From: Hypanus sabinus
Lineage: Eukaryota
Reading direction: 5' to 3'
Assembly (NCBI RefSeq): GCF_030144855.1
Contig: NC_082717.1
Location: 106,516,001-106,580,000 of the forward strand
DNA length: 64,000 nt
Numbering within the stretch: the first letter of the stretch is position 1; each line of letters begins with the position of its first letter. Below, one piece after another: positions 26,365-38,688 of the stretch. The position numbers and the translations under genes are program-made. The notes under the pieces were generated by a model, which saw only the letters and a program-made list of their open reading frames with translations, searched no databases and was not told the origin of the DNA.

Positions 26365-27340
26365 CAGATCTGCAGATGCTGGAAATCAAAGTATTACACA
26401 GAAAACGACCTGACTTAGCCCACAGAGGTAAAGACAAGATACCAATGAGACAAACCAGCCACCACACGTGAACCCAGGGCAACTTATATTCCAGCCCGAA
26501 TATGAGAATCAGGTGTCTGTGGTTAAGCCCAAATGAAAGAACGGACAGCCAGAAGACCCGGAGTCTGGCGTCCATAGGAACGCAACAGGCCAGGCAGAAT
26601 CTATAGAAAGGACTAAACAGTCGGTGTTTCGGGCCAAAACCCTTCATCGGGACTGGAAAGGAAGAGACGAGTAAAAAGGTGGGGGAGGAGATGAAGAAGT
26701 ACAATGTAGCAGGTGAAACTGGGAGGGGGAGGGTGAAGTAAAGAGCTGGGAAGTCGATTGGTGAAAGAGATACAGGGCTGGAGTAGCAGCAATCTGGTAA
26801 GAGAAGACAAAAGCCATAGAAGAAAGGGAAGGGGGAGGAGCACCAGAGGGAGGCGATGGGCAGGTTAAGAGACTTGGGGGGTGGGACTGAAATAGGAATG
26901 GGGAAGTGGGGGGAATTACCTTAAGTTTGAGAAATCCACGTTCATGCCATCAGGTTGAAGGGTACCCAGACGGAAGACAAGTTATTGCTCTTCCAGCCTG
27001 AGTGTGTCCTCGATGCAGCAGTAGAGGCCGTGGAGTGGCATGTGGGAATGGGATGTAGTATTGAAATGGGTGGCCACCAGGAGGTCCTGCTTTTTCTAGT
27101 GGATGGAATGTAGTTGTTCAATGCTGCAGTCTCCTAAACTATGTCGACTCTCACCAATATACAGGAGACCATAGCAGCAGCACCAGGTACAGTAGACGAC
27201 TTCACATGCAAGGACTGTTTGGGCCCTGAGTGATAGTGAGGGAGGAGGTGTAGGGACAGGTATAGCACTTTTTCCGCTTGCAAGGATAAGTACCAGGACG
27301 GAGATCACTGCGATCCGTTGGAGATGGCGGAAGTTACGGT
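26365..27340 (-). mobile_element. Penelope-like element 3' part (GIY-YIG remnant and pLTR with decayed hammerhead)
   Basis: VVYCTWCCCYGLLYIGESRHSLGD; minus-strand cagtc-CCGATGA-agggttttggccc-GAAAC-acc-gactg at ~26618-26655. Confidence 0.85.
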
Positions 27341-27371
27341 GAAACAGGGGGGCCTCTTTTTCTCTTATAGG

Positions 27372-27398
27372 GAGAGAGAGAGAGAGAGAGAGAGAGAG
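27372..27398. repeat. (GA)n microsatellite
   Basis: About 13 GA units. Confidence 0.95.
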
Positions 27399-27482
27399 CC
27401 TGTAGTATGTCGAATTACTGGGTGAATGAGTAGTTTTTGAGGTACTGCAAATCTGACTTTATTGATGATTGCTGCATGCTTG

Positions 27483-28673
27483 TGTCATGGTCCGGTCCGT
27501 AAAGTCCGCGTTCCAGTTCCCAGTCCGGTCCGTGGTCACCGGACTCCGGGTCTTCTGGCTGTCTGTTCTTTCAGTTGGGCTTAACCACAGGCACCTGATT
27601 CTCATATTGGGGCTGGAATATAAGTGGGCCTGGGTTCACGTATGGTGGTTGGTTTGTCTCATTAGTATCCTGTCCTTGCCTTAATAGGGTATGTCAGACT
27701 ATCCTTGCCGATACCCTGAGGCTGGACTGTTCCTTTCCTTCCCTCTAAAGCCCTGTCGACTACCCATGCCTGAAGCCCTGCTGGCAACCTCGCCTGTATC
27801 GCCATCAAGTTCAGCTGCTGGAGTGAGACCGGAGCCCTGCCACATCAATAGAAGGAACTATCTATCGTTGAGCTTGGAACTGTCTCTTTGTGTCCCTGTG
27901 TTTAGTGTCTGTGTATGAGTCCCGGCCCTTTGTCCTGTTCCCAAGGAGGGGTCCCTGCTCTGTGTTCAGTGTTTCTGTGCTCCAGTCCAAGGCTCAGTGT
28001 TCCTGAACTCCAGTCCGAGGCTCCGAGGAGGTTCCAGCCCGTGTCCGAGGCTCCGAGGAGGTTCCAGCCCGTGTCCGAGGCTCCGAGGAGGTTCCAGCCC
28101 GTGTCCGAGGCTCCGAGGAGGTTCCAGCCCGTGTCCGAGGCTCCGAGGAGGTTCCAGCCCGTGTCCGAGGCTCCGAGGAGGTTCCAGCCCGTGTCCGAGG
28201 CTAAGTCGTAGCCTAGGCTCTGAGTCTTGGTTTCATCCAGGGCTAGTGTCTGTGTCCATCTCTGCCTCTCCCCGCTTCTGCTTCGCACTCTCTCGACCAA
28301 GGCTCTGCATTCCCGCTCTCCCTCGACCAAGACCAAGTCTGAGCTTCATGTCCTCGTCCAGCCCTGGAGTCCCGCATCCTGCGCCATGTCCAGTTCTCGC
28401 CTGGATCCGGAGTCCAAGCCCGAGTCAAGACCCAGGTTCTGGGTCCCTGTCCAGTTTCTGACTCGGAGTCCTTGTCCAGCAGGTTCCTAGCTCCTAGTTC
28501 CTTGTCCAGGTCCCACTTTCCTACTCTAGTCCTAGCCCATGCCGTCTCCTAGTCTTGTCCGACATTGTTTCTTCCCCACTTCCCTTGAATTCTTGACACA
28601 CCTAGTCCTCTCCCTAGTACTTCATTGTCTGTGTCTTGCATTTGGGTCTGTTCCCAACGCCCACCCTATGACA
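27483..28673 (+). mobile_element. Solo LTR (Gypsy-like) containing a 30-bp minisatellite
   Basis: TGTCAT...ATGACA termini, flanks gcttg/acttg (5-bp TSD, 1 mismatch), TATA-like aatataag near 27618. Confidence 0.85.
28013..28202. repeat. Perfect 30-bp tandem repeat, ~6.3 copies
   Basis: Unit gtccgaggctccgaggaggttccagcccgt. Confidence 0.97.
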
Positions 28674-29209
28674 ACTTGAGTGCTCGGTGGAGTGTGCTGA
28701 TGCTTGCTCTGCGTGGGAGGGGGGAGCTGGAGGGGTGGTTTGGGGTTCTAACATCTAACTGTCGTTCATTCTTTGGGACATTCCGCTGTTTTCATGGATG
28801 TTTGTGAAGAAATAGGATTTCAGGATGTACATTGTATACATTTCTCTGACAATAAATGTACCTATTGAAAACTCAATGACTCTATTAAATGTCACACACA
28901 TTTTCTTAACATTTCACCAATACTTTTCTTCAAACGCTTCAATACATCTGTTTCAGGAGATAATTTCGGGCTGTGAACTCACTTTCAAGAAAATTAGTTC
29001 TGAATATTGTTTGTTTACGTGTAGTTTACACGATTTGTTCCTTTTTACATGTTGGGTGTTTGACTGTCCTTTTAAATAAATTCTGTTGGGTTTCTTTGTA
29101 AGTGCTTCTAAGGAGATGAATTTCAAGGCTTTAAATAGGACACATACTTTGATAATAGATATCCTTAGAAAGTTTTTTTTCCTGATTTCCATGTCCTTTT
29201 GGACAGTGA

Positions 29210-29356
29210 CAGTTATTTTTCACGCTTCTTTTGCTGCGGTCTGATCATTGGAGAATCGGACATCTCTCTGATTGGGTTATTCCACATCACCAATCCGAGA
29301 AAGCATTGCACCACCAATCGTAAGTGTCTTTCAGCAATTCTCCAAAAGCTATAAAA
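29210..29356 (+). promoter_or_regulatory. H2A promoter (CCAAT boxes, TATAAAA at 29350-29356)
   Basis: Inverted homolog of 10435-10580. Confidence 0.8.
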
Positions 29357-29362
29357 TTGTGA

Positions 29363-29794
<432 letters not shown>

Positions 29795-29824
29795 AGAGAC
29801 AAAGCGACAATTTAGAAACCCAAA

Positions 29825-29840
29825 GGCTCTTTTCAGAGCC
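29825..29840 (+). terminator. Histone 3' stem-loop of H2A copy 2
   Basis: ccaaa-GGCTCTTTTCAGAGCC-actca, HDE gtggaagggctg. Confidence 0.95.
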
Positions 29841-30054
29841 ACTCAGATTGTCTGTGGAAGGGCTGAGCACTGGCTGGGGTGGGTCCGGGGATTTCCGATC
29901 CGGGTGTCTGCCACAGACACGTTTTAATTAGCTTTTTCTCCCCTGAAGAAAATAACAAACTGCATTTATCTCTTCAGAGCATTCTCCTTCAACCCGCACT
30001 CCCTCCTATTCCCGAATTGTCCCCTTTTATCGAAAATGTGTATTCCCCCCTCAA

Positions 30055-30240
30055 CCATCTCCACTTCCGGGTTGAATCTAGAGTGGAGCGTGATTGGTGG
30101 TAAATGACGCAATCTTATTAGTGTGTGAAAAAGCCCAATCAGATAGCGGCCTCAGTCACCAATGAACAGGCGGTAACAGGAACAGTGCCAAAACCAACCT
30201 CCAGACCACCGACATCGCGTTATGTGTGCGCCAATAGCAA
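30055..30240. promoter_or_regulatory. Orphan promoter-like module (ETS cacttccgg, double CCAAT)
   Basis: cccaatcagatagcggcctcagtcaccaatgaacag at 30134-30169; homologous to 9604-9740, 3863-3898 and 46689-46724. Confidence 0.55.
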
Positions 30241-31062
30241 AATAATTTTATAGAAAAGGCCAAAAGTAAATAATTAAATGTGCGAATGAGACGTTACACG
30301 ATCCTGATCTATTTATACTGTAGACTGTGCATTAAATTTAATATTCAAAGTTTATTTATCTAATACGTACACCATACACGACCTTGAAATTCATCTTCTT
30401 GCAGGCACCCACAAAGTAAACAACATAATCCTTGACAATCCGCACACAAAAAGATCAATGTGCAAAAGAGAGCAAATCGTGGAAATAATTTAAAATTAAA
30501 ACACAGGACAGACAGAAATAATACATAGAACATGACCCGCAGGGTCCCCGAAAGATAGTTGTGCGATATGGTATAGTTCGTATTGAATTGCCGATCGGAA
30601 CAAGCGCTGATCCATAGAAAACGTGACAGTTTTTTAAAATTTAAAATGCATCAGGTTATGGACGGCTCGGCAACTGTGGTTAGGACTGCGATGTGAAGTT
30701 GTTTTGTGAAAGGACCGTGAATCTAATTTCTGATTCGGATTCAGGATAGTTGCATCACCTAACGGCAGGGAATTAACCACCATCATCGCAATTAACTGGA
30801 TAGACAACAGCAAAAATCTACCTCGCAAGAATAAGCCCTTTGTGTAAAGTTGTGTGTGCATGTGTGAAGATATAGGAAAGTTTAAGTCTCGATATCCGTA
30901 GAACGGGCAGGGAGAGAGACCCCAGCATGGAACCGGACTGGTGGACCATCAGCGGACACCAACATAAATTAAAATTGCTTCGAAACTGAAAATCTCCAAG
31001 GAATTGGTTGTTATATTTCACTGTTGAAGTATTGGAGAAACTCTTTCTGCGAGACATTGAGT

Positions 31063-31078
31063 GGCTGTTAAAAGAGCC
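31063..31078 (-). terminator. H2B histone stem-loop with one stem mismatch
   Basis: Reverse complement GGCTCTTTTAACAGCC-actca (canonical arm AGAGCC), then HDE cagaaagag. Confidence 0.85.
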
Positions 31079-31092
31079 TTTGTGTTCAGTCA

Positions 31093-31318
31093 ATAAAAAC
31101 ACAAAATGCTGGCAGAACTCAGCAGGCCAGACAGCATCTATGGGAGGAGGTAGTGACAACGTTTCGGGCCGAAACCCTTCATCAGGAGGGTTGATCAGGA
31201 GAGTTTCGGCCCGAAACGTTGTCACTACCTCCTCCCATAGGTGCTGTCTGGCCTGCTGAGTTCTGTCAGCATTTTGTGTTTTTTATTGATTTCCAGCATC
31301 TGCAGATTCACTCGTGTT
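31093..31318. mobile_element. Fold-back Penelope-derived mini-element with 17-bp TSD and hammerhead core
   Basis: TSD gcctttgtgttcagtca at 31076-31092 and 31319-31335; ~86-bp inverted arms; minus-strand CTGATGA-agggtttcggccc-GAAAC-GTT at ~31158-31185. Confidence 0.88.
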
Positions 31319-31350
31319 GCCTTTGTGTTCAGTCAGCGCCCTGTGGAGCT

Positions 31351-31719
<369 letters not shown>

Positions 31720-31772
31720 TTCCTCCGTCGGTTTCAGTCCCAGAAATATTTGGAACCCGCTCGGAAATTGCA

Positions 31773-31804
31773 TTAAATAGGCAGTGTTCCAATCCTATGC
31801 AAAT
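31773..31804 (-). promoter_or_regulatory. H2B promoter: octamer ATTTGCAT, CCAAT and TATA
   Basis: atgcaaat at 31797-31804, ccaat at 31789, ctatttaa (reverse) at 31773-31780; canonical H2B subtype element. Confidence 0.85.
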
Positions 31805-33959
31805 GAAGGATTCAAGAAAGATAGGTTGTTTTGCTGGTTGCTTAATAAAGTATCAAAAATTTTCTTCGACTTTGAAACCTTTAGATTGAATGGAAGGCGC
31901 TTCATACAGGATTAACCACCCCGCGCTTAGTCTTTCAGCGGTGTTGGTTTGTTCCAGCAGCTACAACATTCTTGGACGAGAGATACTGCAGATGAACATA
32001 AGGAGGAGTATACAATCATGAGGTTATCGACAGGGTAAATGGTCAGAGTTTTTCCCCAGGAAAGAGGTGTCTAAACTAATGTGCAGAGCCTTTAGGCGGA
32101 GGGATAACTTTTACTAGAAGAAGGTGGCAGGTAGGTGGAATGAGCTGCCGGAGGAAGTGATACAGGTAAGTACAATGAAAATGTCTAAAAGACAGTTTGA
32201 CAGGTTTGATGGATAGGTTCAGAATGTGAGGAAGTGAGACTGCTTCAGACAGGCATCAATGCGATGGGCCAAAGGGCCTTTTTCCATGCTGAGTATCTCT
32301 GTGGCTCCAGCCAGAGAGATACAGGTTTAAGGAGAGGAGTGTGTTTTACAGGAGCCCTGAGGAAGAATTTCCTCCTTCACCCAGAGGGAAGTTCCAATCT
32401 GGAAAATCTGCCTGATGGGCTGGTGCAGGCAGGTATATGAGGACCATCTGATAGCAGTAATAGGGGACTCTATAGTTAGGAGATCAGACAAGCAATGTTA
32501 TGGATGTAGGAAAGAAACACAGATGGGAGGTAGCCTCCCAGGGTCCGGGATGTTTCCGATTGCGTCCATGATATCTTGAAGTGGGATGGCGAACATCCAG
32601 AGGTCATGATACATATTGGTACCAACGACATAGGTTAAAAAAGGAAGGAGGTCCTGAAAACAGAATTCAGGGAGTCAGGAAGGAAGTTGAAAAGCAGGAC
32701 CACGAGGGTATGAGTCTCGGGATTACTGCCTCTGCCACGCGACAGTGAGTTTAGGAAAAGAGTGAGGTGGAGGATAAATGTGTGGCTGAGGGATTGGAGC
32801 AGGGGGCAGGGATTCAGATTTCTGGATCACTGGGACCTCTTTTGGGGCAGATGTGACCTGTACAAAAAGGACGGGTTGCACTTGAATCTGAGGGGGAACC
32901 AATATCCTGGCAAGAAGGTTTGCTAAGGCTATTGGGGAGAGTTTAAACTAGAATTGCTGGAGGGTGGGAACCGAACTGAAGAGATGGAGGAAGGAGTGGT
33001 TGGCTTTTTAATGCAAGAAGCATCATGAACAAAGCAGGTGAGCTTAGAGCATAGATCAGTATTTGGAACTATGATGCTGTGGCCATTACAGAAACTTGGA
33101 TGGCTCAGGGGCTGGAATGGCCTCTTAGAATGCCAAGCTTTAGATGTTTCAGAGAGGACAGAGAGGGAGGAAAAAGAGGTGGGATGTGTCACTGCTGATA
33201 GATAGTGTCACAGCTGCAGAAAAGAAGGAACTCATGGAGGGATTGTCTCCTGAGTCTCTGTGGGTGAAAGTTAGGAACAGAAAGGGGTCAGTATTGACCA
33301 CCCAATAGTAACAGGGACATCGAGGAGCAGATAGAGAGATAGATTCTGGAAAAGTGTAATAAAAACAGGGTTGTCATGGTAGGAGATTTTAATTTCCCAA
33401 GTATTGATTGGTGTCTCCCTCAAGCAAAAGGTTTAGATGGGGTGGAGTTTGTTAGGTGTGTTCAAGAAGGTTTCCTGATAAAATATGTAGATAAGCTTAC
33501 AAGAGGAGAGGCTATACTTGATCTGGTATTGTGAAGTGAACCTGGTCAGGTGTCAGGTCTCCCAGTTGGAGAGCATTTTGGAGATAGTGATCACAATTCT
33601 ATCTCATTTACAATAACATTGGAGAGAGATAGGGGCAGACAAGTTAGGAAAGTGTTTAATTGCAGTAAGGGGAAATATGAAGCTATCAGGCAGGAACTTG
33701 GAAGCATAAATTGGGAACAGATGTTCTCAGAGAAATATACAGCAGAAATGTGGCAAATGTTCAGGGGATATTTGCATGGCGTTCTTCACAGGTACATTCC
33801 AATGAGACAGGGAAAGGATGGCAGGGTACAGGAACTGTGGTGTATAGAGGCAGTTGAAAATCTAGTCAAGAAGTAAAGAAAAGCTTATGAAAGTTTTAAA
33901 GAAACTAGGTAATGTTAGAGATCTAGAAAATTATAAGGCTAGCAGGAAGGAGCTTAAGA

Positions 33960-34380
33960 TACCGTCTGGGTAGTCTCTAGCCCCTTGGCATGAACATTGA
34001 ATTCTCCAACTTCTGGTAATTCCCTCCCTCTCCCTTCCCCCATCCCAGTTTCACTCTGCCTCCTCCTCCAGTTGCCTATCATTTCTCTCATGATTCTGCC
34101 TTCTACTACATACAGTGCTTTTCCCTTACATTCCTTCTTCACCTTTCCTGCCTATCCCCTCCCTGTTTCCCCACCCCCACCCCTTGATCTTTCCTCTTAC
34201 TGGTTTTTCACCTGGCACCTACCAGCCTTCTCCTTCCCACCCTCCCTCCACCTTCTTTAGAGGGCCCCTGCCCCCTCCCTCTTCAGTCCTGATGAAGGGT
34301 CTCGGCCCGATACATTGACTGCTCATTTCCACAGATGCTGCCTGACCTGCTGAGTTCCTCCAACTTGTTGTACGTGTAGA
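33960..34380 (+). mobile_element. Penelope-like 3' fragment with minimal hammerhead motif
   Basis: Flanked by ttaaga (33954-33959/34381-34386); GIY-YIG C-terminus (RLGSL*PLGMNIEFSNF); cagtc-CTGATGA-agggtctcggccc-GATAC-att-gactg at 34284-34321. Confidence 0.88.
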
Positions 34381-36518
34381 TTAAGAATGAAATTAGGAGA
34401 GCCAGAAGGAGTCATGAGAAGGCCTTGGCGAGAAGGATTAAGGAAAACCCCAAGGCATTCCACAAGTATGTGAAGAGCAAGAGGATAAGATGTGAGCGAA
34501 TAGGACCAATCAAGTGTGACTGAGGAAAAGTGTGTATGGAATCAGAGGAGATAGCAGAGGTACTTAATGAGTACTTTGCTTCAGTACTCACTATGGAAAA
34601 GTACCTTGGTGATTGTAGAGATGACTTACAATGGACTGAAAAGCTTGAGAATATGGACATTAACAAAGAGGATGTGCTGAAGCTTTTGGAAAGCATCAAA
34701 TTGGATAAATCACTGGGACCATAAGAGATATAACCCAGGCTATTGTGGGAAGCGCGGGAGGAGATTGCTGAGCCTCTGGCAGTGATCTTTGCATCATCAA
34801 TGGGGATAGGAGAGAATCCAGAGGATTGGAGGATTGTGGATGTTGTTCCCTTATTCAAGAAAGGGAGTAGAGATAGCCCAGTAAATTATAGACCAGTGCG
34901 TATTACTTCGGTGGCTGATAATTTGATGGAGAAGATCCTGAGAGGCAGAATTTATGAACATTTGGAGAGGCATAACATGATTAGGATTAGTCAGCATGGC
35001 TTTGTCAAAGGTAGGTCGTGCCTTACAAGCCTGATTGAATTTTTTTGAGGACGTGACTAAACACGTTGAAGAAGGTAGAGCCATAGATGTACTGTATATG
35101 GATTTTAGCAAGACATTTGATAATGTACTCCATGCAAGGCTTATTGAGAAAGTAAGGAGGCATGGGATCCAAGGGGGCATTTGCTTTGCAGATCCAGAAC
35201 TGGCTTGCTCACAGAAGGCAAAGAGTGGTTGTAGATGGATCATATTCTGCATGGAGGACAGTGACCAGTGGTGTGCCTCAGGGATCTGTTCTGGGACTCC
35301 TGCTCTTCATGATTTTTATAAATGACCTGAATGAGGAAGTGGAGGAATGGATAAGCAAATTTGCTGAATACACAAAGGTTGGGGGTGTTGTGGATCGTGT
35401 GGAGGGCTGTCAGAGGTTACAGCAGGACATCCATAGGATGCAAAACTGGGCTGAGAAGTGGCAGATGGAGTTCAACCCAGATAAGTGTGAGGTGGTTCAT
35501 TTTGGTAGGTCAAATATGATGGCAGAATATAGTATTAATGGTAAGACTCGTGGCAGTGTGGAGGCTCAGAGTGATCTTGGGGTTTGAGTCCATAGGACAC
35601 TCAAAGCTGCTGCACAGGTTGACTGTGTTGTTAAGAAGTCATGGATTCAAATCTTCCCTTCGCAATCCTGCCGATCCTCGAATTACGCTTATTACTGGAG
35701 AACATAAGTGGTTTAAGTCAGTAGAGAGGCTGAGATGTTTGTTGGAAATCTTCCAGCCATCTTGACTTCTTTGGACCCGGTTTGACTTTCTAAAATGGCT
35801 GATGAGTATTTCTTGAATTAAAGTCTTTTTTGCGAACTCAGACTCTATTTGAATAATTTAGTCCTTAACTACTCAGAACCCATGGGTTTTAGTTGGTCTC
35901 TCCTTGGACTTGGTGTGATTTTCTTAAATAGATGATTTAAATTAATGTTTTCCTGTGGACTTAGATTTCATTTGTGTAATTTAGTTTACTTTGGAATAAC
36001 TTTAACTATAGAGAATTACAACTGGTCTTAATTTATTTGGGAGGCTTACAGTTTTTTATTGAAGGTCTCCCTGTCAATTTACTGTATAAAACCTGCCTTT
36101 TATAAAAACGGCTGATATGTACTCTCTTTAAATATAGAATTTCCCCCTTTTACCCTTTTTTAAAAAAAAATCATAGTTTCTCGTGGGTAGATTAGTTCTT
36201 GATTATTATTTTGTATTAAGTTTTATATTCTTTCTGATGAAGTTGTTCCTATTTGTAATTTTGATTTGTAGTGCATAAATTAGTTAGTATCTGATATATT
36301 ATTTACACGGAGCTTATGTTAATGTTATGGAACTGGAAGTTGGTTTTTGGGGTGTCCTATTTTCAGTAGAGCTAGCTGCTTTTTTGGGTAGCCATCTAGT
36401 TTTGGGTTGTGAGAGTGGGGTGGGTTCTCTAGTACCAACACTATCTTTTTTTTTGTTTTTCCTTGTTATCCAGGACATGTCTATGTCCTGATACTATTGA
36501 TTTATGTTTATATTATGT

Positions 36519-37676
36519 TTAATATAAATCTGAATTATGTTTATATATTGTGGGTTCATCTGCATATTCATCTGCGAACCTGGCAAATTCGGATATGGAC
36601 ATATTCAGCTTCTCGTTCAAATACATCCGGATATCATCTGAAACACAACCTTTAAATTCCTCGATCAGAATTAACTCCCTGAGATGCCAAAAATCTTCTT
36701 CCACCATTTCTGCTGCACACCAATGATCCAAGAGCACACCCTTCTCATAGGCAAACTCTGCATATGTCTGATTCCACACTTTCTTTAAATTTCTAACCTT
36801 TTGTCTATAGGCCTCAGGGACCAATTCGTAGGCCCGAAGAATGGCCTCCTTTACTTTCTCATAATTCTCATACTCCTCCTCGTCTACCGACAATACCGCA
36901 TATGCCCGTTGTGCCTTCCTTTTTAACACACTTTGTAACAACGCCACCCACTGATCTCTGGGCCACTTCTGACTCACTGCCACCTTTTCAAAATGCAAGA
37001 AATAACTATCAACATCCGTCTCCTCAAACGGAGGTACTAACCTAAACTCCCGACTAACATTAAACCGCTGCTCTCGGTCTGACCCTTGAGCTCTTCGCTC
37101 TTTCCTTAACGTCTCCATGTCCAGCTCATGCTGCCTCTGTTTCTCCTTCTCCTCATACTCCCTCTGCTTTCCAGCTCTTTCCTTCTCCTTTTCGGCTCTT
37201 TCCTTCTCCTTTTTAGCTGCTTCCAGCTGTTTTAATCTAATTTCATGCTCCCTTTTCAGCTCTAACTCCTTTAGCTGGAGCTCATGCTCCCTCTGCTTTT
37301 CAGCCCTTTCCTTTTCCTTTTCGACTCTTTCCTTTTCCTTTTTGGCTCTTCCCTTTTCTTTTTCGGCTCTTCCCTTCTCCTTTTCAGCTGCTTCCAGCTG
37401 TTTTAACTTAATTTCATGTTCCAACCTTAATTTTTCCAACTCTAACTGAGCCGTCCCACTAGCTGGTACCTTTTCAGGGATATTTTCCAATACCTCAGCC
37501 GAAAACACATTCTTCTCAATATAATACTGAGTTATGGCCCTCCGCACCTCCCACTTTTTCATTGACAACCTCACCTCTGAGAGATTTAGTCCTTTCGCAA
37601 TATTTATCAAGTCCGACTTTGTGGCCGCCTCTAGCGCCTCCGGAGTTGGTTTTTTTATAAATTCGTCTACATCCAT
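36519..37676 (-). CDS. gag: Gmr1-like Gypsy Gag (coiled coil plus capsid/SCAN-like domain), 3'-truncated but open for 385 codons
   Basis: LVPPFEETDVDSYFLHFEKVA..WPRDQW..YEKVKEAILRAYELVPEAYRQKVR..LRELILIEEF; begins ~110 bp after the LTR; last ~10 aa come from L1 sequence. Confidence 0.88.
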   Translation of the reverse strand: MDVDEFIKKPTPEALEAATKSDLINIAKGLNLSEVRLSMKKWEVRRAITQYYIEKNVFSAEVLENIPEKVPASGTAQLELEKLRLEHEIKLKQLEAAEKEKGRAEKEKGRAKKEKERVEKEKERAEKQREHELQLKELELKREHEIRLKQLEAAKKEKERAEKEKERAGKQREYEEKEKQRQHELDMETLRKERRAQGSDREQRFNVSREFRLVPPFEETDVDSYFLHFEKVAVSQKWPRDQWVALLQSVLKRKAQRAYAVLSVDEEEYENYEKVKEAILRAYELVPEAYRQKVRNLKKVWNQTYAEFAYEKGVLLDHWCAAEMVEEDFWHLRELILIEEFKGCVSDDIRMYLNEKLNMSISEFARFADEYADEPTIYKHNSDLY

Positions 37677-37788
37677 CTTCGCTGGTTTCCCGTCTGGTTA
37701 CCCGCTCAAACAGATCCAAGTTTGGACTTAAAAGCCCGATTTACTGGCCCTCCAATTTGGTATCAAATCTCGAGACGAGGCTGCAAGT

Positions 37789-38688
37789 TGTTACGAACCC
37801 GGTAACTGGGTTACTTACCAGCAAAGATAGAGACGTCCGTTGGAGTCTGATGATACTATTTTTAACAGTATTTATTAGTAAAAATACACAAAAATATTAT
37901 CAATGCAAATATATAGATAATATACGTCGTCAATACTAAACCTAAAAGTGCGGGTATAATAATAATCAATAAGTAATAAGCTCTATCGTTGTCTAGGGGA
38001 TAATGAATTGTCCGATAGAAATCTAAAGTTCACTTCAGTTCACACAGGCTGCCGTCGTTTGTTTGTCGCTGTGTTGCAATTGTTGGAGAGAGAGAGAGAT
38101 AGGAGAATGGGAACAGTTACCGCTAAGTGTTTTGCCAACCTTCCTTTATGATTTCGATCCGTCGGTGTCTCGTTGTTGTGGCCATTCAAGTGTGACCTCT
38201 CCTTTAGCTAAACCGTTCTTCCGTGATGAGCCCGCCACCCAGGCAAGGGAGGACACACACGAGCTCTCACTGGCTTTTACTATGAAACGCTGTCACTGGA
38301 TTTCTAGCGTTTCTCCTGGTGTGTCTAAGGGGTGTTCCCCAGACCCCTCTTTTATCCTCACTCACGGGGTCTCAGATATCAATCAGGTTGAGATGATGAC
38401 CACTCTGGTTGTCCCCTGAGGGGTTTCAATGAATAGTACAGTACTCAATACACAATTCCTTCTCCAAGAGACAATAGCAGTAATCAGTGGTTCCGTTCCG
38501 CATATGTCAGGAGACATTCCACCTGGTTGTGTATTCTGCGTCTCTCTCTCTCTCATTTCCTGACCTGCTGTGTATCTCTCTCACTTCCTGGGTCTCAGAT
38601 CCGAAATAATAGCGATCTTGCGATTCTCAAAAAGGAGGGGGCGACTTTGCACCCTTCTGCCCCTCAGAGTTGCTCCACATTCGTAACA
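37789..38688 (-). mobile_element. 5' LTR of the Gmr1-like Gypsy element
   Basis: Perfect 9-bp terminal inverted repeat tgttacgaa...ttcgtaaca; followed on the minus strand by a decayed tRNA-Pro-like PBS (tgcagcctcgtctcgagat vs tgggggctcgtccgggat). Confidence 0.9.

Noticed and set aside
28013-28202. CRISPR-like array or repeat protein (GASDTGWNLL)n
   Set aside because: Units are contiguous and identical with no spacers or cas genes, in eukaryotic DNA inside an LTR; the ORFs result from a 30-bp unit.
37117-37449. Ser/Phe-rich 110-aa ORF
   Set aside because: Antisense of the Glu/Lys coiled-coil repeat in gag.
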